From the NCBI RefSeq assembly GCF_036365525.1, contig NC_090418.1, positions 10,912,856 through 10,976,855 on the forward strand: a DNA stretch of 64,000 bases, given 5' to 3'. Below the pieces are notes generated by a model. It did not search any database. It saw nothing but the letters and a program-made list of their open reading frames with translations, and was not told the origin of the DNA. Origin of the DNA: Heterodontus francisci. Lineage: Eukaryota. Shown here in pieces: positions 12,133 through 24,679 of the stretch; position 1 is the stretch's first letter; each line of letters opens with the position of its first letter. Both the position numbers and the translations under genes were made by a program.

Positions 12133-13189
12133 CTTGAACCGTGCGGATTTGGGACTCCAAAGTTAGAGATGATAAAGTGGGATGTGGAAAGTGGCAGTGA
12201 CCTCACTCCGTGTCCCAAAGCCCCCTTGTCAACTTTTGGAGCTGTAGTTTCTGCTCTCATGGACTTACAATCTCACCTCACTTTATTTTAGATGAGAATT
12301 GAGGATGAAACACAATTCCCACAACATTGAGAAATAATAAAAAGGGGAAGAGAGTTTCAATCTGGCAGTGGTAATTAGAGTAACCAAAGTGGGTTTTAAA
12401 ACCTGATGATTGTCAGAGGACAGAACGACTCTGGGAGATAAGGAGTCTCCGAGCTTTGAGATTATGGGGTCAAATCTGTCAATGCCACCATTGTCTAGAT
12501 TCCAAAATATTGGGGAAAGAGGGAAAGTCAGTCAGGGTCTATGTTTGATCTGATTATAATCTTGCCATAATTTGGGACAGATCCCCCTCTGCTATAAACT
12601 CATCTTTCCAATATTGTTTCCCTTTCTGAAGCCCCAGTTGCTTGGTACAGAATTCCCACATCTGGGGGGACAGCGATGCATTTACAGACAGTAGGCAGAT
12701 TACATTGCCTTGTAAAGGAGGCAGGTTTTGCAGCTGAGAGAGGAAGACACTTTTCACAGCTGATAAATCTTTCCCAAATATGTCTATGTTGAAAACATAG
12801 TTTCCCATTGGATCTCTGTAGGGAGCTGTGCCCAAACTCACAGCACGTGTGTTCTCCTTTCTATCTGCTATCCAGCTGATATCCCGCTTCAGTAAAATAT
12901 CCAGGTTGCTCTCCAGTGGTTTGAATACGCCTCCTCTGTGAACGATTCTCCTGCCCGGCAGCACTGTGTCAATTACGGTTCTGTTCAGGAATACCGACCT
13001 CACTTCATCTGGTTGCAGGGAGATCGGTTCCCAATATTCAGCCCCACTTTTCTTCATGTTACTGATCAGCTCACTCTTCAAAGTGGGAACATTTATTGAT
13101 GGAAATCGAAGAGAAATCAAGGACTGGAAACAAAAGATATCGGGGAAAGGATTAGTGATGAAATGTGAGATGAGGATTAAATATTAAAT

Positions 13190-16100
13190 ACATGAAATTT
13201 GATGCAAAGTGATACATTTTGGTCAGGAGCACGAGGAGAGGCAATACAAAATAAAGGGTACAATTCTAAAGGGGCTTCAGGAACAGAGGGACCAGGGGGC
13301 TATGTGTACACAAATCATTGAAAGTGGGTAATAAGGCACACGGGATCCTGGGCTTTATAAATAGAAGCATTGAGTCGAAAGACAAGGAAGTTATGAAGGA
13401 TCTTTATAAAAATATTAGTTTGGCCTCAACTGGAGTATTGTGTCCAAGTCTTTCTTTTTCTTTTGGGCCTCCTTATCTCGAGAGACAATGGATACGCGCC
13501 TGGAGGTGGTCCGTTCTTTGTGAAGCAGCGCCTGGAGTGGCTATAAAGGCCAATTCTAGAGTGACAGACTCTTCCACAGAGAAATTTGTTTGTCGGGGCT
13601 GTTGCACAGTTGGCTCTCCCCTTGCGCTTCTGTCTTTTTTCCTGCCAACTACTAAGTCTCTTCGACTCGCCACATTTTAGCCCCGTCTTTATGGCTGCCC
13701 GCCAGCTCTGGCGAACGCTGGCAAATGATTCCCACGACTTGTGATCAATGTCACAGGATTTCATGTCGCATTTGCAGACGTCTTTATAGCGGAGACATGG
13801 ACGGCCGGTGGGTCTGATACCAGTGGCGAGCTCGCTGTACAATGTGTCTTTGGGGATCCTGCCATCTTCCATGCAGCTCACATGGCCAAGCCATCTCAAG
13901 CGCCGCTGGCTTAATAGTGTGTACAAGCTGGGGATGTTGGCCGCCTCAAGGACTTCTGTGTTGGAGATGCGGTCCTGCCACCTGATGCCAAGGATTCTCC
14001 AGAGGCAGCGAAGATGGAATGAATTGAGACGTCGCTCTTGGCTGACATACGTTGTCCAGGCCTCGCTGCCATAGAGCAAGGTACGGAGGACACAGGCCTG
14101 ATACACTCGGACTTTTGTGTTCCGTGTCAGTGCACCATTTTCCCACACTTTCTTGGCCAGTCTGGACACAGCAGTGGAAGCCTTTCCCATGCGCTTGTTG
14201 ATTTCTGCATCTAGAGACAGGTTACTGGTGATAGTTGAGCCTAGGTAGGTAAACTGTTGAACCACTTCCAGAGCGTGCTCGCCAATATTGATGGATGGAG
14301 CATTTCTGACATCCTGCCCCATGATGTTTGTTTTCTTGAGGCTGATGGTTAGGCCAAATTCATTGCAGGCAGCCGCAAACCAGTCGATGAGACTCTGCAG
14401 GCACTCTTCAGTGTGAGATGTTAAAGCAGCATCGTCAGCAAAGAGGAGTTCCCTGATGAGGACTTTCCGTACTTTGGTCTTCGCTCTTAGACGGGCAAGG
14501 TTGAACAACCTGCCACCTGATCTTGTGTGGAGGAAAATTCCTTCTTCAGAGGACTTGAACGCATGTGAAAGCAGCAGGGAGAAGAAAATCCCAAAAAGTG
14601 TGGGTGCGAGAACACAGCCCTGTTTCACGCCACTCGTGAATAGGATAGGATAGGAAAGGGCTCTGAGGAGGAGCCACCATGCTGAATTGTGCCTTTCATA
14701 TTGTCATGGAATGAGGTGATGATACTTAGTAGCTTTGGTGGGCATCCAATCTTTTCTAGTTGTCTGAAGAGACCACGTCTGCTGACGAGGTCAAAGGCTT
14801 TGGTGAGATCAATGAATGCAATGTAGAGGGGCATCTGTTGTTCACGGCATTTCTCCTGTATCTGACGAAGGGAGAACAGCATGTCAACGGTCGATCTCTC
14901 TGCATGAAAGCCACACTGTGCCTCAGGGTAGACGCGCTCGGCCAGCTTCTGGAGCCTGTTCAGAGCGACTCGAGCAAAGACTTTCCCCACTATGCTGAGC
15001 AGGGAGATTCCACAGTAGTTGTTGCAGTCACCACGGTCACCTTTGTTTTTATAGAGGGTGATGATATTGGCATCGCGCATGTCCTGTGGTACTGCTCCCT
15101 CGTCCCAGCACAGGCAAAGCAGTTCATGTAGTGCTGAGAGTATAGCAGGCTTGGCACTCTTGATTATTTCAGGGGTAATGCTGTCCTTCCCAGGGGCTTT
15201 TCCGCTGGCTGGAGAATCAATGGCATCACTGAGTTCTGATTTGGTTGGCTGTATGTCCAGCTCATCCATGACTGGTAGAGGCTGGGCTGCATTGAGGGCA
15301 GTCTCAGTGACAGCATTCTCCCTGGAGTACAGTTCTAGGTAGTGCTCAACCCAGCGGTCCATTTGTTTGTGTTGGTCAGTGATTACGTCCCCTGATTTAG
15401 ATTTGAGGGGGGCGAGCTTCTTGATGGTTGGCCCAAGAGCTCTCTTCATGCCATCATACATTCCTCTGATGTTTCCGGTGTCTGAGGCCAGCTGAATATG
15501 ACTGCATAGGTGTTGCCAGTAGTCGTTTGCGCAGCGCCTGGCTGTTCTTTGTGCAGTACTTCTGGCTGCTTTAAGTGCTGCGGATGTTAAATCGCTGGGG
15601 GCTTTCTTGTAGTTCAACAGTGCAATGCGCTTAGCGGCTATGACAGGTTCCAGCTCTTCATTATGAGATTGAAACCAGTCTGCATTTCTCTTCGCACTTT
15701 TGCCGTGGGTGGTCAAAGCTGACTCATAGATGGCGTCTCTGATGTGGGCCCACTTGGTCTCAGCATCCCCTGTGGGAGTGTTTTGAAGGGTTGTTACAAG
15801 TGAATTTAGAAATTTTTGTAACAGCTGTGGGTGAGAAATTCTGCTCGTGTTGATGTGCGGGTGGCCCTTCTGCTTGGAATGATGCAACTTCTTTGGTCTG
15901 AGTCTAACCTTGCTGCACACCAGGGAGTGGTCGGTGTCGCAGTCTGCACTGTGGAAGCTGCGTGTGATTTGAACACTGTTTAAGGCAGCTCACCTTGTGA
16001 CAATGAGGTCTAGCTGGTGCCAACGACGCGATCTTGGGTGCCTCCATGAAACCTGGTGACAGGGTTTAGTGTGAAAGAACGAGTTGGTGATGCAGAGGTT

Positions 16101-16740
16101 CTGATCGGTACACAACTCAAGCAGTCTCTGCCCGTTCTCATTCATCCTTCCAACGCCATAGCGCCCAAGGCAGGAGGGCCATGAGTCATGGTCGGCCCCA
16201 ACCCTGGCATTAAAGTCCCCCAGCAGGAATAGGTGTTCGGTGTTGGGGATGCTGCTAATGATGTTATGGAAACATTATGGAAACTTTATAAAAACATTAG
16301 TTTGGCCTCAACTGGAGTATTGTGTCCAATTCTGGACACTACATTTAGGAAGGATGTGAAGGCTTTAGAGAGGATGCAGAATAGATTTACAAGAATGGTT
16401 CCAGGGATGAGGAACATCAGTTACGTGGATAGATTGGAGAAGCTGGGGCTGGTCTCCTTAGAGAAGAGAAGGTTGAGAGGAGATTTGATAGAGGTGTTCA
16501 AAATGATGAGGTGTTCAAAATGATGAGGGACATCAGTTACGTGGATAGATTGGAGAAGCTGGGGCTGGTCTCCTTAGAGAAGAGAAGGTTGAGAGGAGAT
16601 TTGATAGAGGTGTTCAAAATGATGAGGGATCTAGACAGAGTAGACAGGGAGAAACTGTTCCCATTGGCAGAGGGGTCAAGAACGAGTGGACAATGATTTA
16701 AAGTGAATGGCAAAAGAACCAAAGGCAGCATGAGGAATTA
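13190..16740 (+). mobile_element. CR1 3' remnant split by an RTE insertion (13190-13447 and 16284-16740)
   Basis: The uninterrupted homolog is at 41030-41775. A ~98-bp tandem duplication is present at 16414-16627. Confidence 0.8.
13448..16260 (-). mobile_element. RTE-clade LINE (BovB/RTE-like), 5'-truncated, relatively young
   Basis: APE motif LLGDFNARVG near 16200. ORFs 14625-15920 (FIDLTKAFDLV) and 13426-14628 (KQGCVLAPTLF, LLFADDAAL, RRLRWLGHV, C-terminal Zn-finger remnant). A-rich 3' tail at ~13450; flanked by a 46-bp direct repeat. Confidence 0.92.
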
Positions 16741-16844
16741 TTTTTGAACATTCTAGAATCCAACAGCACAGAAGGAGGCCATTCTACCCATCAACCCTGT
16801 GCCGACTCTCCAATTAGTCCCACTCCAGCCTCCCACGTTTTCAT

Positions 16845-16970
16845 TCAATTTTCTCAATGTTTGGGGCCTTGGATAGTGAGGCGAGAGGAGGTAAATGGGC
16901 AGGTATTACACCTCCAGCAATTGCAGGGGAAGGTGACATGGGACAGGGACGAGGTGGTGGGGGTAATTTT
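16845..16970 (-). mobile_element. Penelope-like fragment
   Basis: Homologous to 42545-42665. Confidence 0.6.
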
Positions 16971-17029
16971 CCCAATGTGAAGACAGTTGCAACCCACCCA
17001 GGACTGGATGTTCTACAAGCAGGCTGACT

Positions 17030-18000
17030 ATACAGAGGCAGAGATACTGGAGAGCTAGGTATCATCACTGTGTCTGTGAAACCTGATATCCTGTCTCCAG
17101 ATGATGCTGTAGAGAGGTAGCATGGAAATAAAGAATAGGAGGGGGCGAAGGATAGATCTTTGTGGGGTCCTGGGGGTAATGGTGTGGGGTTTGGAAGAGA
17201 AACCAGTCCTGGAAGTACTTTGGTTACGATTGGGTTTCTGGGTTAAGATAGGGAGGAACCTCAGGGGAGGTTTGGCTTGGTGGGGAAGGGGTGATATGCC
17301 AGTGGCAGCTGAACAGATGCTTAATATTTTCCTGCCCAGGCCTGGCGATGGACGGAGAAACCAATTGTGTGCCAGTTACATTGCAGTCTGCTCCCATTGG
17401 ACTTGAGATGGGTGAAGATGTGGGTCACACCCGGACGAACCAGGGTGAGAGAAAGAGTTTGACCTGGTGCAGGGAGACAAAGATGGAAATGAGAGAGTGA
17501 TTGAGCAGATCGCCAGCTGCAGAAGTGTTAGAGTGAATGGATGGCCAAAGGCTAGACAATAGGGAGTTTAAAAGTGCCACTGTGAATGGAGTGTGGGAGA
17601 GTTTCATCCAGGGTGGATATCGCAATGACTGATGTTGGAATGGAGTTGGGAGATTGCAAGTGGTGAGTGATACGAGGAAGTGATCAGAAATGGTTTTGTC
17701 TGTGATGGAGATGAAGGGATTCGAGAGATTATGAGGGACGGCAAGGTCGAGGGAGTGGCCATGGAGATTGGTCATTAATTTATATGGAAGCAGAGGTTAA
17801 GGGAGGATCGGGAGGGAGTGAAATGAGAGGAGAGAGGGTACGGGCAGTTGAGATATAGTTTGAAATCACTGAGGACGAGGAGTCACCTAGTGCAGAGGCT
17901 GAGGGAGAGACGGAGTGAGGGGATCTCAGAGTGAGGTTTGGGTGGATGGCGGAGGACGTGGATTTTAAAGAAGAGGTGATAGGGGTGGAACAAAGTGAAA
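17030..18000 (-). mobile_element. L2/CR1-group LINE remnant (endonuclease region)
   Basis: HGHSLDLAV...ISDHFLV APE motifs in ORF 17425-17775; duplicated at ~48430-49150. Confidence 0.7.
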
Positions 18001-18454
18001 GAGTAAAAGGAGGAGAAGGTGCCAGAGGGGATGGGGTGGAGACCAAGGTCTGAGTTGGTGAGACCTCTGCACGGCCAGCATAATGAAAGGAGCTTGACAT
18101 AACTTACCCCCCTGGTATGGCACATCCTCACTCCCGGCCGATCCATCAGTCGTGTACCTGGTGTTCTCCGGTAAGTGTGGATCCCAAAACCTGTCAGTGC
18201 CCTGGATACAGGAGGGCTGGATGTGAGATGTGTGGAAGGGCAGAGCATGGAGGCAAATAAAATGAACTTTCAATGTAGTAATCTGAAACTGCAACATCAG
18301 TTTCTCCATGGAAACCGACACCCAGGTCCATCTCACCACCACCTCTCTCGACCCCTGTACTGTCTCTAAATTGTCAGACTGCTTGTTCAACATCCAACAC
18401 TGGATGACTAGAAATTTGCTCCAACTAAATATTGGGAAGACCGAAGCCATTGAG

Positions 18455-19090
18455 CTGAATTTAATGCCGGAGGCGGTGGCCATGACAGTGGGCCGGAAAG
18501 CTGGGGGCAACCCCGCCGTAACTGATTCCTGGAGCCCCGACACGATTCTATTCCCATCAGGCAATTAACTGCCTGGCATTGGCCACCCGTTCCTTTCAGA
18601 GCAGAGATCCTGCATCCAGGAGCTGCCAGCCAATTGGAGGGCCGCCACCTCACCAGTCGCAGTGGTGACACTGGGAAGAGTGATCACTGCTGGGACTGCA
18701 CCCGGCCAGGACCAACAAGATGGAACAGGTCCCGGAACCCAGGGAAGTGGGGTCAGGCTGACCGGGGCCAGTCAGGCTGGGTTGTAAGGGGCTTGTTGGC
18801 GAGGGCAGAGTGGAGGGTGTTTCAGTGGGGGCAGCTCTCTCCACCGGCTGTCCCCTCCATGGGCCACAGGGTGCTCGATCAGGAGGGCTCCCCACAACCC
18901 GAGCCCACATGGAGGACGACAGCTTTTACTGGGTAGACTTCCCACGTGCTGGAGGGACCCCCAACCCATCGGCCATTGGGGCTCAGGGCGTGAATGCCGT
19001 CCTCCACCATCCCCCCCCCGATTGAACTAGATGGAGTCGGGAACGGCGACAGGCATTCCACGTCCCACATTCCCTTCCGATTCTACGGCC
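18455..19090. repeat. Unclassified GC-rich interspersed repeat
   Basis: Four copies in the window (18455, 33289 partial, 49606, 61703 partial); no recognisable protein motif. Confidence 0.5.
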
Positions 19091-19094
19091 TCCT

Positions 19095-19640
19095 ACGAAC
19101 CTACGAATTAGGAGCAGAAGCAGGCCATTCGGCCCCTCGAGCCTGCTCCGCCATCAATAAGATCATGGATGATCTGTTTGTGTCTCGAATTCCACACTCC
19201 CATCTAACCAGATTATCTTTGATTCCCTTACCTAACAATATTCAATGACCCCGCCTCCACCATCTCCTGAGGCAGGGAGTTCCACAGTCGCACAACCCTC
19301 TGAGAGAAAAAAATTTTCCTCCTCTCTGTTCTAAAAGGGTGACCCCTAATTTGAAAACAGTGCCCCCTAGCTCTGGACTCACCCACAAGAGGAAACATCC
19401 TTTCCACATCCACCTTGTCAAGACCGTTCAGGATCTTATATACTTCAATCAAGTCTCCCCTCACTCTTCCAAACTCCAGTGAAAACAAGCCCAGTCTGTC
19501 CAACCTTTCCTCAGAAGACAACCCACTCATTGCAGGTATCAATCTAGTGAACCTCCTCTGAACCCCCTGCAACACATTTACATCATAATAAAGGATAGCA
19601 TTCCATTAGCCTTCTTTATGACTTGCTCTGCCTGTGTGAG
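19095..19640 (-). mobile_element. CR1 3' end; a possible continuation lies at 22200-22640
   Basis: ORF 19228-19575: QRRFTRLIP...FFSQRVVRLWNSLP. Confidence 0.8.
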
Positions 19641-19649
19641 TCTTGTGAC

Positions 19650-22200
19650 TGAGGATAATCAAGGTTTAGTTGTATCTAAAGTCTAGTGTTACTTTTAAGT
19701 GGAAAATTAACTTAACAGTTGCTGTTTGGGTTGGAGAAGGTGAGTTTTAGACTAGCTTTAAACAGAGTTCACTCAGGCTCTGCTTGCAGCTGCACCTTGT
19801 TCATTAGATAATTGGCTGAAACCAGTTTTCAGGGACTCGAGTCAGACAGTATAAAAGTGGGCCATCTTACAGTACTGACTTTGCACTGGAGTGCTGACTT
19901 GGGTTGCATTAGAGTGCTGAAGTGTGAGTTTTGTGACTGAGGGAGTTCGGTGTGGAGGGAGTGAGGAGCTCCTTTCATTTCCTACCTGTCCTCAAAGGGT
20001 GTGAGGGGAGCCGAGAGATTCCACATAGCACAGCTGACTGGTGAGTAAGTCCTGGTGGGTATTTTTCAACCTGGATTGAATTGTAAGTCATTGTTTTAGC
20101 AAGACTTAGTTGAATGATTTTTTTTTACTATGATGGTCTTCTAAAGTTTTAAATTTAAAGGGTTTAGTCAAGGCAGGAGAGCTTAAAACCGTGGGTTGCT
20201 CCTCTTGCTGCATGTGGGAATCCGGGAACATTTCCAGTCCCCGGGACCAGCATGTGTGCAGCAAGTGTGTCCAGCTGCAGGTCCTGGAAGCTCGGATTTC
20301 AGAGCTGGAACGGCGGCTGGAAACACTGTGGAGCATCCGCAAGTCTGAGAGCATTGTGGATAGCACGTATAGAGAGGTGGTCACACCGCAGCTGAAGGGA
20401 CTTGAGGAAGGAAGGGAATGGGTGACCACCAGGCAGTCCAAGAGAATCAGGCAGTGAGTTCAGGAGTCCCCTGGGGTCCCGCTTGCAAATCGGTATTCCA
20501 TTTTGGAGGCTGATGAGGCTGGTTCCTCCAGGGAACGCGGACCGAGCCAAGCTTCTGGCACCACAAGCAGCCTGTCTGCACAGGAAAGGGGAAAGAGAGG
20601 AAGAGCAATAGTAATAGGGGATTCTATAGTCAGGGGAACAGATAGGCGCTACTGTGGCCGTCAACGTGACTCCAGGATGGTGTGTTGCCTCCCTGGTGCC
20701 AGGGTCCGGGATGTCACTGAATGGCTGCAGGGCATCCTGAAGGGGGAGGGTGATAAGGCAGAGGTCATGGTACATGTTGGTACCAACGACATAGGTAGAA
20801 AGAGGGATGATGTCTTGCATCAAGAATTCAGGGAGTTAGGCAGTGGACTAAAAAGCAGAACCTCTCGGGTTGTAATCTCTGGATTACTCCCAGTGCTAGC
20901 GAGTATAGAAATAGGAGAGGCAAAATTTGGTTAGGAATAGTCAGCATGGCTTTGTCAGAAGGAGGTCATGCCTCACAAATGTGATTGACTTTTCTGAGCA
21001 TGTGACCAGGTGTGTAGATAAGGGTAGTGCAGTTGACGTAGTTTACATGGATTTCAGCAAAGCCTTTGACAAGGTCCCACACGGGAGCAAATGCACATGG
21101 GATACAAGGTAACTTGATAAGGTGGATTCAAAATTGGCTCAGCTGTAGGAGACACAGAGTGATGACAGACGGTTGTTTTAGTGACTGGAAGCCAGTGTCC
21201 AATGGCCTACCACAGGGATCTGTGCTGGGTCCCCGACTGTTAGTCATCTATGTCATTTATATAAATGACAATGTGGGGGGTAGGATCAGTAAGTTCGCGG
21301 ATGACACAAAGATTGGACGAGTGGTTAACAGTGAGGTTGAGTGTCTTGGGTTAGAAAATGGGGAAAAAAGTAGCAGATGGAATTTAACCCTGAAAAGTGT
21401 GAGGTGATACACTTTGGAAGGAGTAATGTGACATGGAAGTATTCAATGAATGGCCTGACACTGGGAAGTTCCGAGGAACAAAGGGACCTTGGCGTGTTTG
21501 TCCATAGATCTCTGAAGGCAGAAGGGTAGGTTAATAGGGTGGTGAAAAAGGCATATGGGACACTTGCCTTTATCAATCGAGGCATAGATTACAAAAGCAG
21601 GAAGATCATGTTGGAGTTGTACAGAACTTTGGTAAGGTCACAGCTGGAGTACTGTGTGCAATTCTGGTCGCCACATTATAGGAAGGATGTGATTGCACTG
21701 GAGGGGGTGCAGAGGCGATTCACCAGGATGTTGCCTGGGATGGAATATTTACTATGAAGAGAGGTTGGATCGGCTTGGGTTGTTTTCGCTGGAGCAGAGA
21801 AGACTGAGGGGTGACCTGATTGAGGTGTACAAGATTATGAGGGGCATGGACAGGGTGGATAGGGAGCAGCTGTTCCCCTTAGTTGAAGGGTCAGTTACTA
21901 GGGGACACATGTTTAAGGTGAGGGGCAGGAGGTTTAAGGGGGATTTGAGGAAGAACTTTTTAACCCAGAGGGTGGTGACGGTCTGGAATGCACTGCCTGG
22001 GAGGGTGGTAGAGGCGGGTTGCCTCACATCCTTTAAAAAGTACCTGAATGAGCACTTGGCATGTCATAACATTCGAGGCTTTGGGCCAAGTGATGGCATA
22101 TGGGATTAGGTAGACAGGTCAAGTGTCTTTAATGCATCGGTGCAGACTCGATGGGCCGAAGGGCCTCTTCTGCGCTGTATTATTCTGTGATTCTGTGATG
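19650..22200 (+). mobile_element. CR1 LINE with 5' UTR, ORF1 (Zn finger, coiled coil, SGNH esterase) and internally deleted ORF2
   Basis: CSSCCMW..CSKC, LEARISELERRLETL, IVIGDSIVRG and HVGTND in ORF1. The sequence jumps to RT at ~20920 (YMDFSKAFDKVPH, KFADDTK) and ends in (ATTCTGTG)2 at 22182-22197. Confidence 0.9.
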
Positions 22201-22679
22201 TGGCACTTTGTCAAATGCCTGCTGGAAATCCAAGTACAGTGTGTCACTGGGCTCCACTTTGTCCACAGCACATGTTACTCCTTCAAAGCACTCCAATAAA
22301 TTGGTTAAACATGATTTCCCTTTAACAAGCCATGCTGACTATTCCCGATTACCTTGAGTTTTTCAAAGTGCCCAGCTATAGTCTCCTTAATGATCCATTC
22401 TAACACCTTCCCCATGACAGACATCAAGCTAACTGGCCTATAGTTACCTGTTTTCTGCCTCCTCCCCTTCTTGAAAACAGAGGTTATATTCGCGACTTTC
22501 CAGTCTGGTGGAACCTTTCTAGAATCCAGCGAAACTTTGAAAAATTAACACCAACCCATCTATGACCTCATTAGCCACCTCTTTTAAGACCCTCGGATGA
22601 AGCCCATCAGGACGCAGGGACTTGTCAGCCTCCCACCGCCTCACTACCCATTCCCGTCAGCTAGTTTAAATTCCACCCA

Positions 22680-23400
22680 TTGTCCTCGGTTCCCACCATA
22701 AACTCCTCTCCCTAGCTACCAACTCCCTAGTAACTGCCTGAGGTTGAACCAGACTGTTCACAACATCAGTGTCATATTTAACCCCAAAATGAGCTTCCGA
22801 CCACATCTCCGTACCATCACTAAGACTGTAACATCAACTGACTCCGCCACTGTCTCAGCTCATCTGCTACTGAAACCCTCATCCATGCCTTCATTGCCTC
22901 TAGACTTGACCATTCCAACGCTTTCCTGTTCTACCCTCGGTAAACTTCAGCTCCGAACTCGCACCGACTCCCATTCACACTTCATCCCTGTGCTCACTGA
23001 TCTACTTCGGCTCCCAGTTTAGCAACAACTCGAATTGAAAATTCTCATCCTTGTTTTCAAAACCCTCCACAGCCTCGCCCCTCCCTATCTCTGTAATCTG
23101 CTTCAGCTTCAAGATCCTCTGAGATAACAACACTCTTCCAATTCTGGCCTCTCCACCATTCCTGACTGTAATCGCTCCACCGTTGGTGTCGGTGCCTTCA
23201 GCTGCCGAGGTCCTAATCTCTGGAATCCTCTCCCTAACCCTCTCCGCCTCACTACCTTCCTTTCCTCCTTTAAGCCACTCCTTAAACATCGCTCTTAGAC
23301 CAAGCTTTCAGTCACCTGTCCTAATATCTCTTTATATGGCTCGGTGTGGTATGTTCCTTTACAACACTCCTGTGAAGCACCTTGGCTCATTTAGATCATC
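22680..23400 (+). mobile_element. L2 LINE 3' remnant
   Basis: Degenerate L2 C-terminal coding sequence (TTTGAAAATTCTCATCCTTGTTTTCAAA-like, CTCTGGAATCCTCTCCC) and tail CCTGTGAAGCACCTTGG. Confidence 0.65.
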
Positions 23401-24679
23401 GTGAAGAGAAGCGGCCCCAACCACTACCGATAATGTCAACACTTTGTTTACCAGAACACAACCCATTCAATACGTCAATGATTCCAGGGTCTTCACCTCT
23501 ATCATTCTGTTCAGAAGTCCCAACTAAGTATTGGCCACTCCCTGTTTATCATTCCTGATATCATTCCCAAAGTTACCTTTTACTATCCAAACCTGTGTCG
23601 TTTGTTTAACCGTTTCCATATTGTTCACTATCTTATATATCACAATAAGATCACTGCTCAGGTAGCTCAAACGCCCAAGTCACTCCAATCTTTCCTCATA
23701 ACTCAGACCCTACTGCCTGGGGATCAGTCTTGTGTCTCTTCTCCTCACTGCCTCCGGTGTTTGAATGCCTCACTGGTGTTTCATTGACCAGAACTGAACG
23801 TAGTCCTCAAGCTGTGATCTGACCAGAGTTTGATTGCAATTTCTTGCTGTTCTGATCTATGGAGTTCAACATTGCATTAACCCTCAAATATCGAGGTGTT
23901 AGTGTGGAGAAAGAGAGGGATAGAAAGGACATTGAGAAAAAGTGATAGAGGTTTATTCATAAGGAGAAATCAAACGGACAAACTGGGAGATAGGATCAGC
24001 AGCGTGAGAGAGAAAGATGGCTTACAGAGAAAGAGAATACACAGAGGCAACGATTTCCCCTTTACTGTCTGTGTTACAGAATCTACCTGGTGTCTGGTAC
24101 CCAATAAAACAATTACCTGTAGGAAGCTGAGAGACAGCGCTCCATATTCTCGAATCTTTCTCTGTCGTGTCGAATACTGATCCAACAAACACAGCTCCCT
24201 GCGATCGATGTGCTGGTTAATTTGAATTAGATTCAATGATATTTGGAACAGACCAGCAAACAGCACTCGGCACCCCTTTCAGAGCCTGCAGTCGAGCCAG
24301 TTATATCTCAGAGCAGAGTTTGAAACTGTAGGAAGGGCTGGTAAAAAATACCTGAGGGAATAGATTAGGATTCGTCAGACTTGGCAGCTGGACAGAAAAG
24401 CTTGGCAGTGAGTGAGACAGAATAACTGAGAGAATCTTACCAGCGGGCAATGTGAAGCTGCCATTTGAGAAAAAATGCAAAGTAACTTGTTATTCCTGAT
24501 TGACTGTTCTGATAACAGCACTGTAGTTGGGAAACGAGTTTATCCTGTAACAAGCTCAGTTCAGTTCTAATGAAATAATTCCTCATCATTAGCTTCAATA
24601 TGTGATCCCACACAATGTGTCAATTTAATTCCTTTCATTACACTGCAAGGGAATTGCTCCCATTCCTCTTGGCATTTCC

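Larger units (their letters stand above)
12554..24464 (-). pseudogene. NAT16: NAT16/HISAT-like copy A lacking the GNAT-core exons. Retains exon 1 (24441-24464), exon 2 (18108-18201) and the last exon (12554-13123)
   Basis: The last exon is an open 189-codon paralog of 40393-40962 with an intact CAG acceptor. No counterpart of exons 48036-48190 or 42004-42216 exists between 13123 and 18108. Junctions at ~16745 and ~16970-17280 skip those segments of copy B. Confidence 0.75.

Noticed and set aside
16414-16627. Direct repeats resembling a regulatory or CRISPR-like array
   Set aside because: Only a two-copy local duplication within a CR1 remnant in eukaryotic DNA, with no spacers and no cas genes.
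20503-20934. SGNH/GDSL esterase-like ORF as a host enzyme
   Set aside because: This is the esterase domain of CR1 ORF1; it is preceded by an in-frame stop and fused to RT debris.
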